Assembly: GCA_963816395.1 (NCBI GenBank)
Contig: CAWFKQ010000005.1
Location: 256,001-320,000 of the forward strand
Length of the DNA: 64,000 bases
Origin: an uncultured delta proteobacterium
GTDB lineage: Bacteria; Desulfobacterota; Desulfuromonadia; Desulfuromonadales; JACZKF01
Direction of reading: 5' to 3'
Shown here: positions 32,250 to 42,047 of the stretch, piece after piece
Layout of the letters: every line of letters starts with the position of its first letter
How positions within the stretch are numbered: the first letter of the stretch is position 1
The notes under the pieces: model-generated
What the model saw: the letters and a program-made list of their open reading frames with translations, nothing else
The model's database searches: none
Told to the model about the DNA's origin: nothing
Program-made: the position numbers and the translations under genes

Positions 32250-32592
32250 TGCCTTCGATGTCGTTGTTGTGCCCTTTCCGTTCACCGACAAAACCACAAC
32301 CAAGCGCAGACCCGCATTGATTCTGTCCGACGCACAGGCATTTAATCTGAAGGTAGGCCAGGCTGTCATGGCGATGATCACGAGTGCCAAAAATTCGGAT
32401 TGGCCGCTCGATATCGAAATCCTGGATTTGGATTCCGCAGGGCTGCCTTCACCTTCAATCATTCGGATGAAATTATTCACCCTGGATGAAAAGTTGATCA
32501 TCAGAAAAGCTGGGAAACTCGCTAACCCAGATAAGAGAAAAGTAATAGAAGCACTTCGTCAGCTTCTCCCTTTCGTGGAGGAAAACGAATGA
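32239..32592 (+). CDS. PemK/MazF family toxin
   Basis: DVVVVPFPFTD..KRRPALILS, MITS, GLPSPSIIR. Confidence 0.88.
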   Translation: MTFNAFDVVVVPFPFTDKTTTKRRPALILSDAQAFNLKVGQAVMAMITSAKNSDWPLDIEILDLDSAGLPSPSIIRMKLFTLDEKLIIRKAGKLANPDKRKVIEALRQLLPFVEENE

Positions 32593-32967
32593 TCGAAATG
32601 GGGAAGACGGAAAGAGGGCTGTCCACTGGCGAGGTGATTGCGCAGTAACCCAAGACGTAGCGCTGGGGTCGGACCAAAGCAAGTAACTATTAGGAAACTG
32701 CCTCTTCTTTCTACCGGAAACACTTTGTATGCACGTCCCCCCGGCAGTCCAGGCCCGGGCCACGTCCATCCCCTTCCCTCCTCGTCGATGTCATCAGTTC
32801 GCCGAGCGAGAGACCTTTGCTCCCCCCAAAAAAGATGCCCCGCCATCTTCATGAGCCGCTCAACAAAATTCCGCCCCCCAAAATACGATCATCGAAAAGG
32901 TCATCATCTCCGAGATCGGGAACCCGATCGTGACGCGGGATGCGGAGGTGTTATAATTATTACATAG

Positions 32968-33981
32968 ATGGTTATATTATTTATGCCCATCCAGGAGGAT
33001 AAATATGCCAAGACGAAAATCCGGGCTCTGCGGCACCGGCAGGAGGAAGAGGAAAAAACCTGGCCTCTCTGGCAATCCCCGTTGCGCCTGCTGCTGCTCA
33101 TGGCGGCGGCCGTTTTTATAACCGAGACGGGGGTGATGGCCCTTCTCGCGGCTCTCCCCGAAATCCCCGCACCGGCCGAGGCGTTATTGGATGCATCGGT
33201 GCTGATCCTGGTCATTTCCCCCCTCTTCTATTGGTTATGGTTCCGCCCGTTCGACCATCATCTGCGCTGGCGTCGCCGATCGGAGGAGGAAGTCCGCAGA
33301 CTCTCACAGCAGTTGCTGCGGTCCACCGAGGAGGAGCGGCGGCGCCTGGCCAGAGATCTGCACGATGAATTGGGTCAGGCGATGACCGCCCTGCGGGGGG
33401 ATCTCCAGGATCTGCAGAGATCGGATGAGGGCGGAAGGAGGAAAGAGCTTTTCAACCGGGTCATCGACCGGGTTCACGAGTTGGGGCGGAATTTGCGCGA
33501 CATCTCCACCGCCCTACGTCCGGAGATTCTCGAAGACTTGGGGATCGAGGCCGCCTTGCGCTGGCACATCGGGCGGTTCGTCGGACCGGGCCACGGCCTG
33601 CAGGTCGATTTCCGGGTTGTCGGTTTCAGCCAGAGGCCTTCACCCGAAATTGAAACCGTCCTTTTCCGCGTCGCCCAAGAGGCGCTGAACAATATCGTCA
33701 GGCATTCCGGCGCGACCAGAGCTGAAGTCCTGCTGACGCAGGTCCATCCGAAAATCATTTTGACCATCCGCGACAACGGAAGCGGTTTCGTCTGGCCCGC
33801 CACCGGCCGTTTGGGGGAACTGCGGGGAGTCGGCCTGATCGGCATTCGCGAGCGGACCGCCGCGGTCGGGGGCAAGGTGGCCATTCTCACCGGCGAGGGG
33901 CGGGGAACGGTGCTGCGAGCCGAGCTGCCGGCGATCCAGGAGGAAATCGATGAACCGGATAAAAGTGCTGCTGGTGGATGA
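32968..33981 (+). CDS. Sensor histidine kinase, HisKA_3 (NarX/UhpB) type
   Basis: Two TM segments; EERRRLARDLHDELGQ, QEALNNIVRHS, DNGSGF, GLIGIRER. Confidence 0.9.
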   Translation: MVILFMPIQEDKYAKTKIRALRHRQEEEEKTWPLWQSPLRLLLLMAAAVFITETGVMALLAALPEIPAPAEALLDASVLILVISPLFYWLWFRPFDHHLRWRRRSEEEVRRLSQQLLRSTEEERRRLARDLHDELGQAMTALRGDLQDLQRSDEGGRRKELFNRVIDRVHELGRNLRDISTALRPEILEDLGIEAALRWHIGRFVGPGHGLQVDFRVVGFSQRPSPEIETVLFRVAQEALNNIVRHSGATRAEVLLTQVHPKIILTIRDNGSGFVWPATGRLGELRGVGLIGIRERTAAVGGKVAILTGEGRGTVLRAELPAIQEEIDEPDKSAAGG

Positions 33982-34618
33982 TCACCCGATCGTCCGCCAG
34001 GGTCTGCGGCTATTGCTCTCCGGCCAGGACGACATGGAAGTGGTCGGCGAGGCGGCAAGCGGCCCGGAAGCCCTGAAGCTATTGCGGCCTACCCCCCCGG
34101 ATGTGGCTTTAGTCGATCTGTCCATGCCCCGGATGAGCGGCTTCGAGACGGTGAGCGCCATTCGCCAGGAGGCGCCGGAAACCCGCGTCGTGGTCTTTTC
34201 CGTGCACGACCGGGAGGAGTACGTGCACCGGGCTCTGACCGCGGGTGCTCTCGGCTATGTCCTCAAGGGGGCGGCCGCCGATGAGATCGTCGAGGCGGTG
34301 CGGGCGGTTGCCCGCGGCGACTATTTCCTCTCGTCGAGGGTACGGGCCGACATCATCGACCTGTATATCCGCTGCCGCAATGAAATCGGCCCGAAGGAGG
34401 CGTACGATCACCTTTCCGAACGGGAGCAGCAGGTCTTCCGCCTGCTGGTGGAAGGGGAAAACACCGGGGAGATTGCCGGGCATCTCTTCATCAGTCCGAA
34501 AACGGTGGAAAAGCACCGGGCCAACATCATGAAGAAACTGGGAATCGCCGATTTGCTCGGGATGGTGAAGTACGCCGTCAGGATCGGTATCATCGACCCG
34601 GGCCTGTGGAAAATCTGA
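33950..34618 (+). CDS. NarL/LuxR family response regulator
   Basis: VDDHPIVRQG, DLSMP, LSEREQQV, SPKTVEKHRANIMKKL. Confidence 0.93.
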   Translation: MNRIKVLLVDDHPIVRQGLRLLLSGQDDMEVVGEAASGPEALKLLRPTPPDVALVDLSMPRMSGFETVSAIRQEAPETRVVVFSVHDREEYVHRALTAGALGYVLKGAAADEIVEAVRAVARGDYFLSSRVRADIIDLYIRCRNEIGPKEAYDHLSEREQQVFRLLVEGENTGEIAGHLFISPKTVEKHRANIMKKLGIADLLGMVKYAVRIGIIDPGLWKI

Positions 34619-34690
34619 GCTCGCCCTGCCCTCTCGTCCGCCAAAGAGCCTTGCGCCGGAAGGCCCAGGTGCCGCTTTCCCATTTACATC

Positions 34691-34719
34691 TTGCGACTCT
34701 AATCGGGAGCGATTAATAT
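34691..34719 (+). promoter_or_regulatory. Sigma70-like promoter with overlapping palindrome
   Basis: TTGCGA-17 bp-TAATAT with TAATCG-GGAG-CGATTA; the palindrome recurs at about 36918. Confidence 0.5.
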
Positions 34720-34743
34720 GAGGATGCGTCGGGAGGATGAATA

Positions 34744-35145
34744 ATGCCGCTGAAGGTAGACCGGATAAGGGAAAAAATTGCTGCTGCCGCTGAGCATTAT
34801 GGGAAGCGCCTGGCAGCCGTCTACCTGTTCGGCTCCCGGGCGCTGAACCAGGCATCGCCGCTGAGCGACATCGATCTCGCGGTCCTTATCGATCCGCGAG
34901 AGGCAGCTCATTTTCTTGAGCTTCGCTTTGCCTTGTACGCTGATTTCAGCCGGGCACTGGGTAACGACCGGATCGACCTGACAGTTCTCAATACGTTGGA
35001 CAATCTGTTCATCCTTGATGAAGTCATCCGCAGGGGGATCCTGGTCTACGATCGCCAGCCGGGTTACCGGTTGGATTTCGAACAGCGGGTGCTGCACCGT
35101 GCGATCGATTTCAAGCAGCAGCGTTTTCAGGTGATGGGGATCTGA
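34744..35145 (+). CDS. MntA-like antitoxin
   Basis: LFGSRALNQASPLSDID. Confidence 0.88.
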   Translation: MPLKVDRIREKIAAAAEHYGKRLAAVYLFGSRALNQASPLSDIDLAVLIDPREAAHFLELRFALYADFSRALGNDRIDLTVLNTLDNLFILDEVIRRGILVYDRQPGYRLDFEQRVLHRAIDFKQQRFQVMGI

Positions 35146-35555
35146 TGGAACGCATTCGGCAAAAGATCGCACGGATTCGGGAGAACATGGCCCTGATCCG
35201 GTCTATTCGGGGGGAGTGCCGCGAACGCTTCACGGCTGATCCGATCTACCGCGGGGCGCTGCTGCATTACCTCTACCTTCTGGCGGATGGGTGCATCGTC
35301 CTGGCCGAACTGGTCATCAAGGAGAAAGGGTTGCGGCCTCCGCAGTCGTACGCCGAATCCTTCGATATCCTCGCGGAAAATCGAGTGCTCGACAGCGACT
35401 TCGCCTATCGCTTCGCCGGAATCGCCGGCTTTCGGAATTTTCTCGCTCACGATTATGAAAGAGTCGATGGCGAGATGGTCTGCGGCCCTATCCTCGAAAA
35501 AACTCACCGAAGTGGAGGAATTCCTCCGGCAGATCGAGGCAGGTTTAGTTGCTGA
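35145..35555 (+). CDS. HepT-like (DUF86) toxin; extra A in a homopolymer near 35500 alters the C-terminus
   Basis: FRNFLAHDY; compared with the copy at 37363. Confidence 0.82.
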   Translation: MERIRQKIARIRENMALIRSIRGECRERFTADPIYRGALLHYLYLLADGCIVLAELVIKEKGLRPPQSYAESFDILAENRVLDSDFAYRFAGIAGFRNFLAHDYERVDGEMVCGPILEKTHRSGGIPPADRGRFSC

Positions 35556-35878
35556 CAGCCCCTTCATTTCCTGCAGTAGGATATCCCTCTGACCTCGCTG
35601 TTCTCTGCTCACCCCCCGGGCTTTATGCCCGTCCTCCCAATAGAAAAATAACAAGCAGCGTCCCCTCCGTACCACCCATAGCCTGGTCGAAGTAATTCAA
35701 CGACCGTGTGTGAGCCAATGTATCCGGCTCCTCCCGTACCGAGCACTTTTTCCATGATTACTTCCTTTTGGATTCCATTCAAAATTCAGAATATTGCACG
35801 AGTCAGTTGCCACGCAACCGCGACGCTCTTTCTAGGTTTCGCTGCTGATCCATCTCTTCCCCAAGAATGTCGTGCACC

Positions 35879-36284
35879 TCAGGGAATGACCAGATCCAGC
35901 CCTGGAATATACTCAAAATCTTCCTTTTATTTCGCGTGAGCAGGCGAAATCCGTGTTGAATGGCCTGGCTGGCCAGCCACAGGTCTTGAACCCGATACCG
36001 ATGGCTTCGGCCATTGGCTTTAATTTGAGCGGCCAGATGGCCGAAAATTTCCCCAGTCCCCCCGTCGATGGTCAGCTGCGGCTTGCGCTGGAGGCGTCGC
36101 AGAGCCGCGCGGCGCCTTTCCCGAGTACCCGGGTCAGGGGCTAATTCAGCACCAAAAGCGAGTTCCGCAACCGTCACCGGCGAAAGATAAACCGGCTATT
36201 CACCCGTCACCATGGCGACATGGCCGGGGACAGGGCACCTTGCTCAACATCGATCCAGATGCAGGTATCGATCAGGAATCCCAT
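35879..36284 (-). pseudogene. VapC/PIN toxin, disrupted
   Basis: MGFLIDTCIWID start; frameshift, in-frame TAG, VTVAELAFG, QDLWLASQA, LLTRN, then a second frameshift. Confidence 0.75.
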
Positions 36285-36534
36285 GGGTCACGAACCCCCT
36301 TCTCAACTCTTTCGTCCATCTATTGCCGGCTTCGGCCCATCCTGAGGCAGCTCCCGGTGTAAGGGTCCGATAAAGATCCGCCATGGCTTCCATGGCCGTT
36401 TGCTTGCCGGGCCCGGGGACAAGGCGAGCAATCCTTTGATGGTTGCGCTCGATCTCGATCTCCTCCCCGATGGCGAGGCGATCGAGCACCTGCCGTAAAT
36501 TTCGAGCCAACTCAGTCGCAGTTATCGTCTTCAT
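36244..36534 (-). CDS. Phd/YefM-type antitoxin (3' end uncertain)
   Basis: MKTITATELARNLRQVLDRL..IEIERNHQRIARLVP. Confidence 0.75.
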   Translation of the reverse strand: MKTITATELARNLRQVLDRLAIGEEIEIERNHQRIARLVPGPGKQTAMEAMADLYRTLTPGAASGWAEAGNRWTKELRRGFVTHGIPDRYLHLDRC

Positions 36535-36619
36535 TTCCTTGCCTCTTCGTAAAATGTGATCTTATCGGATTTTACATACTTCGACAGAAAAGTCAATCTT
36601 AAGCTTGCGGGCATTCTGC

Positions 36620-36830
36620 GCCTTCCGTTGTGAAGACTCGGAAGCAATCGAAGCTCTTCCCTGCCGGAGCGAATTTGTGCCGACCGGGATGATGACAAGT
36701 ACCCGGCTGTGCCTTGGCCGCGGGCGCAGGCGTAATCGTCAGCGGAGACAAGCACCTCCTGAAAGTAAATGGATACTGTGGAGTCAGAGTACTGAAACCA
36801 AGGGGATTCCTGAAAGAATATCCTTTAGCC
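36620..36830 (+). pseudogene. 3' remnant of a PIN-domain toxin
   Basis: ICADRDDDKY, then shifted LAAGAGVIVSGDKHLL..VRVLKPRGFL. Confidence 0.65.
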
Positions 36831-36961
36831 GGTCCCGTCTCTGGCTCAACCCCATTCGCCTCGATTGAAAAGTGGCAAGAGCAAGACCTGACACCTCGAT
36901 TTTGTCCCTTGCGACTCTAATCGGGAGCGATTAATCTGGGGATGTTTCGGGAGGATGAATA

Positions 36962-37363
36962 ATGCCGCTGAAGGTAGACCGGATAAGGGAAAAAATTGCT
37001 GCTGCCGCTGAGCATTATGGGAAGCGCCTGGCAGCCGTCTACCTGTTCGGCTCCCGGGCGCTGAACCAGGCATCGCCGCTGAGCGACATCGATCTCGCGG
37101 TCCTTATCGATCCGCGAGAGGCAGCTGATTTTTTTGAGCTTCGCTTTGCCTTGTACGCTGAGTTCAGACGGGCACTGGGAAACGACCGGATCGACCTGAC
37201 AGTTCTCAATACGTTGGACAATCTGTTCATCCTTGATGAAGTCATCCGCAGGGGGATCCTGGTCTACGATCGCCAGCCGGGTTTCCGGTTGGATTTCGAA
37301 CAGCGGGTGCTGCACGGTGCGATCGATTTCAAGCAGCAGCGTTTTCAGGTGATGGGGATCTGA
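36962..37363 (+). CDS. MntA-like antitoxin (duplicate)
   Basis: Near-identical to 34744..35145. Confidence 0.88.
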   Translation: MPLKVDRIREKIAAAAEHYGKRLAAVYLFGSRALNQASPLSDIDLAVLIDPREAADFFELRFALYAEFRRALGNDRIDLTVLNTLDNLFILDEVIRRGILVYDRQPGFRLDFEQRVLHGAIDFKQQRFQVMGI

Positions 37364-37773
37364 TGGAACGCATTCGGCAAAAGATCGCACGGATTCGGGA
37401 GAACATGGCCCTGATCCGGTCTATCCGGGGGGAGTGCCGCGAACGCTTCACGGCTGATCCGATCTACCGCGGGGCGCTGCTGCATTATCTCTACCTGCTG
37501 GCGGATGGGTGCATCGTCCTGGCCGAACTGGTCATCAAGGAGAAAGGGTTGCGGCCTCCGCAGTCCTATGCCGAATCCTTCGATATCCTCGCGGAAAATC
37601 GAGTGCTCGACAGCGACTTCGCCTATCGCTTCGCCGGAATCGCCGGCTTTCGGAATTTTCTCGCTCACGACTATGAAAGAGTCGATGGCGAGATGGTCTG
37701 CGGTCCTATCCTCGAAAAACTCGCCGAAGTGGAGGAATTCCTCCGGCAGATCGAGGCCGACCTGCGCATCTGA
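37363..37773 (+). CDS. HepT-like (DUF86) toxin (duplicate, intact)
   Basis: FRNFLAHDY. Confidence 0.88.
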   Translation: MERIRQKIARIRENMALIRSIRGECRERFTADPIYRGALLHYLYLLADGCIVLAELVIKEKGLRPPQSYAESFDILAENRVLDSDFAYRFAGIAGFRNFLAHDYERVDGEMVCGPILEKLAEVEEFLRQIEADLRI

Positions 37774-37833
37774 AGGACCCGCAACCATCCACCAGTCCCC
37801 GGTTATCAGCTCGCCGGCGCAGTGTTCTCCCAA

Positions 37834-38304
37834 GGGGTCAAGCTTCCTGCCTTGACAATTCCTTCAGCAAGCGCTCGCTCAATTCGCGCACCTCCGGCAT
37901 TAGCCTTGCTCGTTCGCCAAGCCGGCGCACCGCCGCGCTCATGGTTACGACATCCCGCCCGATCCATTTCCCGACCTCCGTCAGGGTTGCCGCACCCGTC
38001 TGCACCGCAAGCCACCCCAGCGAAGCGCGCGCCAGAGCCAGTGGACCGCCGCTGACTGCGTGTGCCTAGCGCCGCCAGCGTGCAGTCGAACTCCCGAAGC
38101 ACGATCTCTTTCAGGTAAGCGACACCCATCGGCTTGCAGGGCGCCCCCTCAGCCTGCGCAAGCACTTTGTCTGCAAACCGGTCGTCTTCCAAAAATCCTC
38201 CCTTGATGGCTTCCGGAATGAAACTCCTTCCGGTATTCCTCCTCGGCCCCAGCAGCCATGAATGCAACGTAAGCGCGCCTTACTTGTGGCATACCGTTGA
38301 CCCC
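37834..38304 (-). mobile_element. Degenerate element bounded by GGGGTCAA/TTGACCCC; possible C-terminal remnant of a Y1/RAYT-like transposase
   Basis: 8-bp terminal inverted repeat seen; frameshifted ORF GGFLEDDRFADKVL..EIVLREF resembles RAYT C-terminal regions from recall, not from a search. Confidence 0.4.
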
Positions 38305-38384
38305 AACGAAACTTCCACATTTGTATTGCGCCTACACCACCGACGTGTTAGCGTTACAGGTAACACTCGAAAGGGGAGATTCAA

Positions 38385-38603
38385 ATGCAACCACATGCAA
38401 AATCGCCAAAGGAACGGGTGATGACGCACCGGCGTCGAATGCGGGCGGCAGGACTCAAGTCGGTGCAGATCTGGGTGCCGGACCCGCATTCCCCCGGTTT
38501 TTTAGAAGAGTGCCGGAGGCAGTCCCTCATTATCCGCAATGACCCCGTGGAAACCCATGATCTTGAGCAACTGGCGGAGATTGCCGACTGGGGCGGCGAG
38601 TGA
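38385..38603 (+). CDS. DUF3018 (MazE-like) antitoxin
   Basis: RVMTHRRRMRAAGLKSVQIWVPD..F.EECRRQS. Confidence 0.85.
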   Translation: MQPHAKSPKERVMTHRRRMRAAGLKSVQIWVPDPHSPGFLEECRRQSLIIRNDPVETHDLEQLAEIADWGGE

Positions 38604-38926
38604 AACGGGGAGAGCTTGCCCTGGTAGCGGTACCGGGCGATTATGGCAAGCCGCGACCGGCCCTGATCGTTCAGTCAGTTCTGTTTGCCGAACATCCAAG
38701 CGTCACGATCTGTTTGTTGACCAGCCACCTGCAGCCAACCCTGTTATTCCGATATAGCATCGATCCCTCACCCGAAAACGGCCTGACCATAATCTCCCAA
38801 GTCCAGATAGATAAGGTGATGACCCTGCCACGAACGAAGCTGGGGCCAACGATCGGCATGTTGACTGATCGCCAGATGCAGGAAATCACCAGGCTGATCG
38901 CCTTATGGTTGGGTGTCGCCGGCTAA
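38600..38926 (+). CDS. PemK/MazF toxin
   Basis: MKRGEL..GDYGKPRPALIVQS, PENGL, QIDK. Confidence 0.88.
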   Translation: MKRGELALVAVPGDYGKPRPALIVQSVLFAEHPSVTICLLTSHLQPTLLFRYSIDPSPENGLTIISQVQIDKVMTLPRTKLGPTIGMLTDRQMQEITRLIALWLGVAG

Positions 38927-39347
38927 TTTCGGGCCCGGCAGCAAAACCACCCGCCCCGGCCTCAGCTCCTACCGAGCCTTTCTTCTTTTTCCTCACTTGC
39001 TTTGGGCCGCTGCCTACACCATCGAGCCCCAAAGCTGCGGCGATTTTTTTCAAGGTGGCGGTCCGCAGGCGGGCGTCTGGGCGCTCATATTTGGCGACCG
39101 CAGCTTGCGATACGCCCATACGGGTGGCGAGTTCTTCCTGGGTAATGCCGAGATATTCCCGCCAGGCTTTGACAAGGGGTTCATCCCGCAAAACATGCGC
39201 CTCGACGACTTCCTGCGGAATACCGCTGGCGCTCGACTTTTCGGCATCCAGTAGAGGTTTGATACGATGCCACTCTTCCCAGGGGACAAGGACGAAGGCA
39301 GGCTGTCCATCATGCTCAATCGTTTGATACTCAATAGGTTTGCTCAT
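38886..39347 (-). CDS. HigA-like XRE HTH antitoxin (C-terminus probably runs across a junction)
   Basis: PAFVLVPWEEW, VKAWREYLGITQEELATRMGVSQAAVAKYE. Confidence 0.8.
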   Translation of the reverse strand: MSKPIEYQTIEHDGQPAFVLVPWEEWHRIKPLLDAEKSSASGIPQEVVEAHVLRDEPLVKAWREYLGITQEELATRMGVSQAAVAKYERPDARLRTATLKKIAAALGLDGVGSGPKQVRKKKKGSVGAEAGAGGFAAGPEISRRHPTIRRSAW

Positions 39348-39588
39348 CGCGTTTTTTGACCTCCTCGACGCTGACGATGCTGACTTCCTCAAAAACGTTA
39401 AACAGGACACGCCAGCTACCGACCCGGAGCCGGTGCGAATAAGGATGTTCCACCAGAGGTTTAACGTTGGGACATCCGGGAAAAGCAGCTAAACCACGGG
39501 TGGCGGTCAGGATACGTTCCTGCACCGAGCGGTCGCCGATTTTCTTCAGCTGCTTCAACGCTTTTGGTTGCCAGACAACGCTCTTCAT
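39331..39588 (-). CDS. RelE/HigB-like toxin
   Basis: WQPKALKQLKKI, HRLRVGSWRVLF, EEVKKRDEQTY. Confidence 0.87.
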   Translation of the reverse strand: MKSVVWQPKALKQLKKIGDRSVQERILTATRGLAAFPGCPNVKPLVEHPYSHRLRVGSWRVLFNVFEEVSIVSVEEVKKRDEQTY

Positions 39589-39816
39589 AGAGCGATAATA
39601 ACCTATTATAACTTTTTGTCAAATTTTGAGGAGTCGAATGCTCCGACGATGCCGGCTCACGTTCCCTCGGTGGATAGCCGGGGGCTCGACGGGTGCTGGA
39701 GGCGGCACCCCCGTCATAGAAAGATTACCAAATCAAGGGGTGCCCCGCCATCTGCTAATTCCGATGGTAGACACCGTAGATTGCTCAAGAACGTCCCCTT
39801 GGTCCTCCCCAAACAA

Positions 39817-40110
39817 CTACGGCGCCTTTGTCCCGGGGTAGAGACGGTGAGCCTCGAATACTGTTAATATCTCAACTGCACCTTCCTGAATTCGGTAGAC
39901 AATCCGGTAATTCGCCTCAACCAGTTCTCTGAAAGCGCTCTTAGGTACCTCCGGCACTCGACGACCAGCGTGGGGATGTTCTTGGAGGATGTCCGTTCGA
40001 GCAATGAGTTTCTCAATCAGCTGAACAGCAGCCGCCGGGTCATCCTGCGCGATGAAATCTTCGATTTCGGTCAGACATGCAAGGGCATGTTCTGTCCAGA
40101 AAACTTTCAT
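39817..40110 (-). CDS. ParE/RelE family toxin
   Basis: WTEHALACLTEIEDFIAQDDP, GRRVPE, RELVEANYRIVYRI. Confidence 0.88.
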   Translation of the reverse strand: MKVFWTEHALACLTEIEDFIAQDDPAAAVQLIEKLIARTDILQEHPHAGRRVPEVPKSAFRELVEANYRIVYRIQEGAVEILTVFEAHRLYPGTKAP

Positions 40111-40391
40111 CGCGAGCCCCTCTGCCCACGGGCAGAGGCCAGCCTCGTCTGCAGTTCTTCGGTATCCATGATCCGTCCGCCTTGGGCATCAGACAAGCCG
40201 GCAGCCAAAGACTCGAAAAACCGCTGCTGATCCCTGATGCGATCATATTCGACAGGGGAAACCAGAACACCGGCAGGACGACCATGTTGGGTGATGACAA
40301 CGGGTCCGTCCAACTGCTTCAGATAACGGGCAGCGTGGGCTTTGAATTCCCCGAGAGGGACAACTCCTTCGGAGACGCGGATATCTTTCAT
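40107..40391 (-). CDS. Phd/YefM antitoxin
   Basis: PLGEFKAHA, PVVITQHGRPAGVLVS. Confidence 0.88.
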   Translation of the reverse strand: MKDIRVSEGVVPLGEFKAHAARYLKQLDGPVVITQHGRPAGVLVSPVEYDRIRDQQRFFESLAAGLSDAQGGRIMDTEELQTRLASARGQRGSR

Positions 40392-40812
40392 ACAAAATCC
40401 TCCCTTTCTTTTGTTTAGCTCAAAATCTATACTGAATTTAGACTGAATTCTGGTCTGATTTCAAGCTTAAAAGATAAGGCCGACCGCATGGATTTTCGCT
40501 TGCCCCCACGCCCCCTGAGATCTTCCGCCTCCATCCCGCCCTAGGAAATCAAGGACTGTCCCCCTCCGGCCCCAAAAGGTGCCCGCACCTCTCAGTATCC
40601 CGACAAATGGCCGTTAAAGAGCCAATTTCAACCCTCAAAAGTGGCCTATAAGCCATTTTTACAGGCATTTTTTAGACGTTTTCTCTTATATTCCAACAAC
40701 TTAATCTGGTCCGACCCCAGGGCGGAGCTTCAAGGGCAATGCGCATAAGTTGCTTGCGCCTGCACCACTGACGTGTTAGCGTTACAGGTAACATTCGAAA
40801 AGGGAGTTTCAA

Positions 40813-41031
40813 ATGCAACCACATGCAAAATCGCCAAAGGAACGGGTGATGACGCACCGGCGGCGAATGCGGGCGGCGGGACTCAAGTCGGTACAGATCT
40901 GGGTGCCGGATCCGCATTCCCCCGGCTTTTCAGAAGAGTGCCGGAGGCAGTCCCTCATTATCCGCAATGATCCCGTGGAAACCCATGACCTTGAGCAACT
41001 GGCGGAGATTGCCGACTGGGACGGCGAGTGA
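40813..41031 (+). CDS. DUF3018 antitoxin (duplicate)
   Basis: Near-identical to 38385..38603. Confidence 0.85.
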   Translation: MQPHAKSPKERVMTHRRRMRAAGLKSVQIWVPDPHSPGFSEECRRQSLIIRNDPVETHDLEQLAEIADWDGE

Positions 41032-41354
41032 AACGGGGAGATCTTGCCCTGGTGGCGGTACCGGGCGCTTATGGCAAGCCGCGACCGGCCCTGATCGTTC
41101 AGTCAGATCTGTTTACCGAACATCCAAGCGTCACGATCTGTTTGTTGACCAGCCACCTGCAGCCAACCCCGTTATTCCGATATAACGTCGATCCCTCGCC
41201 CGAAAACGGCCTGACCACAATCTCCCAAGTCCAGATAGATAAGGTGATGACCCTGCCACGAACGAAGCTGTGGCGAACGATAGGCATTTTGACGGATCGC
41301 CAGATGCAGGAAATCACCAGGCTGATCGTCTTATGGTTGGGTATCGCCGGATAA
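41028..41354 (+). CDS. PemK/MazF toxin (duplicate)
   Basis: Near-identical to 38600..38926. Confidence 0.87.
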   Translation: MKRGDLALVAVPGAYGKPRPALIVQSDLFTEHPSVTICLLTSHLQPTPLFRYNVDPSPENGLTTISQVQIDKVMTLPRTKLWRTIGILTDRQMQEITRLIVLWLGIAG

Positions 41355-41454
41355 TTTCGCGCCCGGCAGCGCAAAACCACCCGCCCCGGCCTCGGCTCCT
41401 ACCGAGCCTTTCTTCCCCCCCCGGAAACTTCAAAAATCAAGAATGTCCCCCTCC

Positions 41455-41632
41455 TTCTAATGCCGGCCTGAACTTCGAAAAGCTCCACGGCATGATCGAG
41501 CCGACCACCGGCCAACAGCTCTATTCGTTGCGCGTCACCGGCAGCGTCCGCGCCATCACCTGCCTGGTCAACGGCCCGACCATCGTTCTGGTCAGTCTGC
41601 ACACCCAGCACGACACAGCGTACCGGAAGTAA
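41455..41632 (+). pseudogene. 3' remnant of a RelE/ParE-like toxin
   Basis: GLNFEKL..LYSLRVTGSVRA..HDTAYRK with no start; begins at a junction motif. Confidence 0.5.
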
Positions 41633-41657
41633 ATCCGATGACCTCCCCTGCATGAGG

Positions 41658-41846
41658 TGAGAGGACGGAGTCAAGTTGTTGAATTTGACAAGCTGTTGCT
41701 GTCCCGAAGCCCCTTTTGATGTTCCGAAGGGATCTTACCCCCAAGACACTTATCGTGAGCAAGAACTCGAACTTGTTTCCTCCGGCAACCTGCTTCAAGA
41801 CCACCCGATTCGCAGTCCTATTTGACAACTTGACTGCGTCCCCTCA
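41658..41846. mobile_element. 189-bp MITE-like element with 27-bp terminal inverted repeats
   Basis: TGAGAGGACGGAGTCAAGTTGTTGAAT versus reverse complement of the right end TGAGGGGACGCAGTCAAGTTGTCAAAT (4 mismatches). Confidence 0.7.
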
Positions 41847-42047
41847 GGTCCACACAGGTTCCCGGTTCAAGTGCCTGCCTGCCCCACCCCGATCCCCGCT
41901 CCGGAACCGGCCCCCGTGAGAATAGCAGAAAGTCAAACCCGACACCGCAACTTGCCCAACCAGCCAATATTCCCAGGAATTCCGGTTGCCAGAATTTGCG
42001 TTTTAACCTATATTTACGGAGTCCTCACCAGTCTCAGGGGGTATGCC

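Larger units (their letters stand above)
34690..35540 (+). repeat. Direct repeat A copy 1 (MntA-HepT module); copy 2 at 36908..37757
   Basis: Near-identical ~850 bp with scattered substitutions. Confidence 0.93.
38326..38985 (+). repeat. Direct repeat B copy 1 (DUF3018-MazF module); copy 2 at 40754..41415
   Basis: Near-identical ~660 bp including the GTTAC-AG-GTAAC operator palindrome. Confidence 0.92.
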
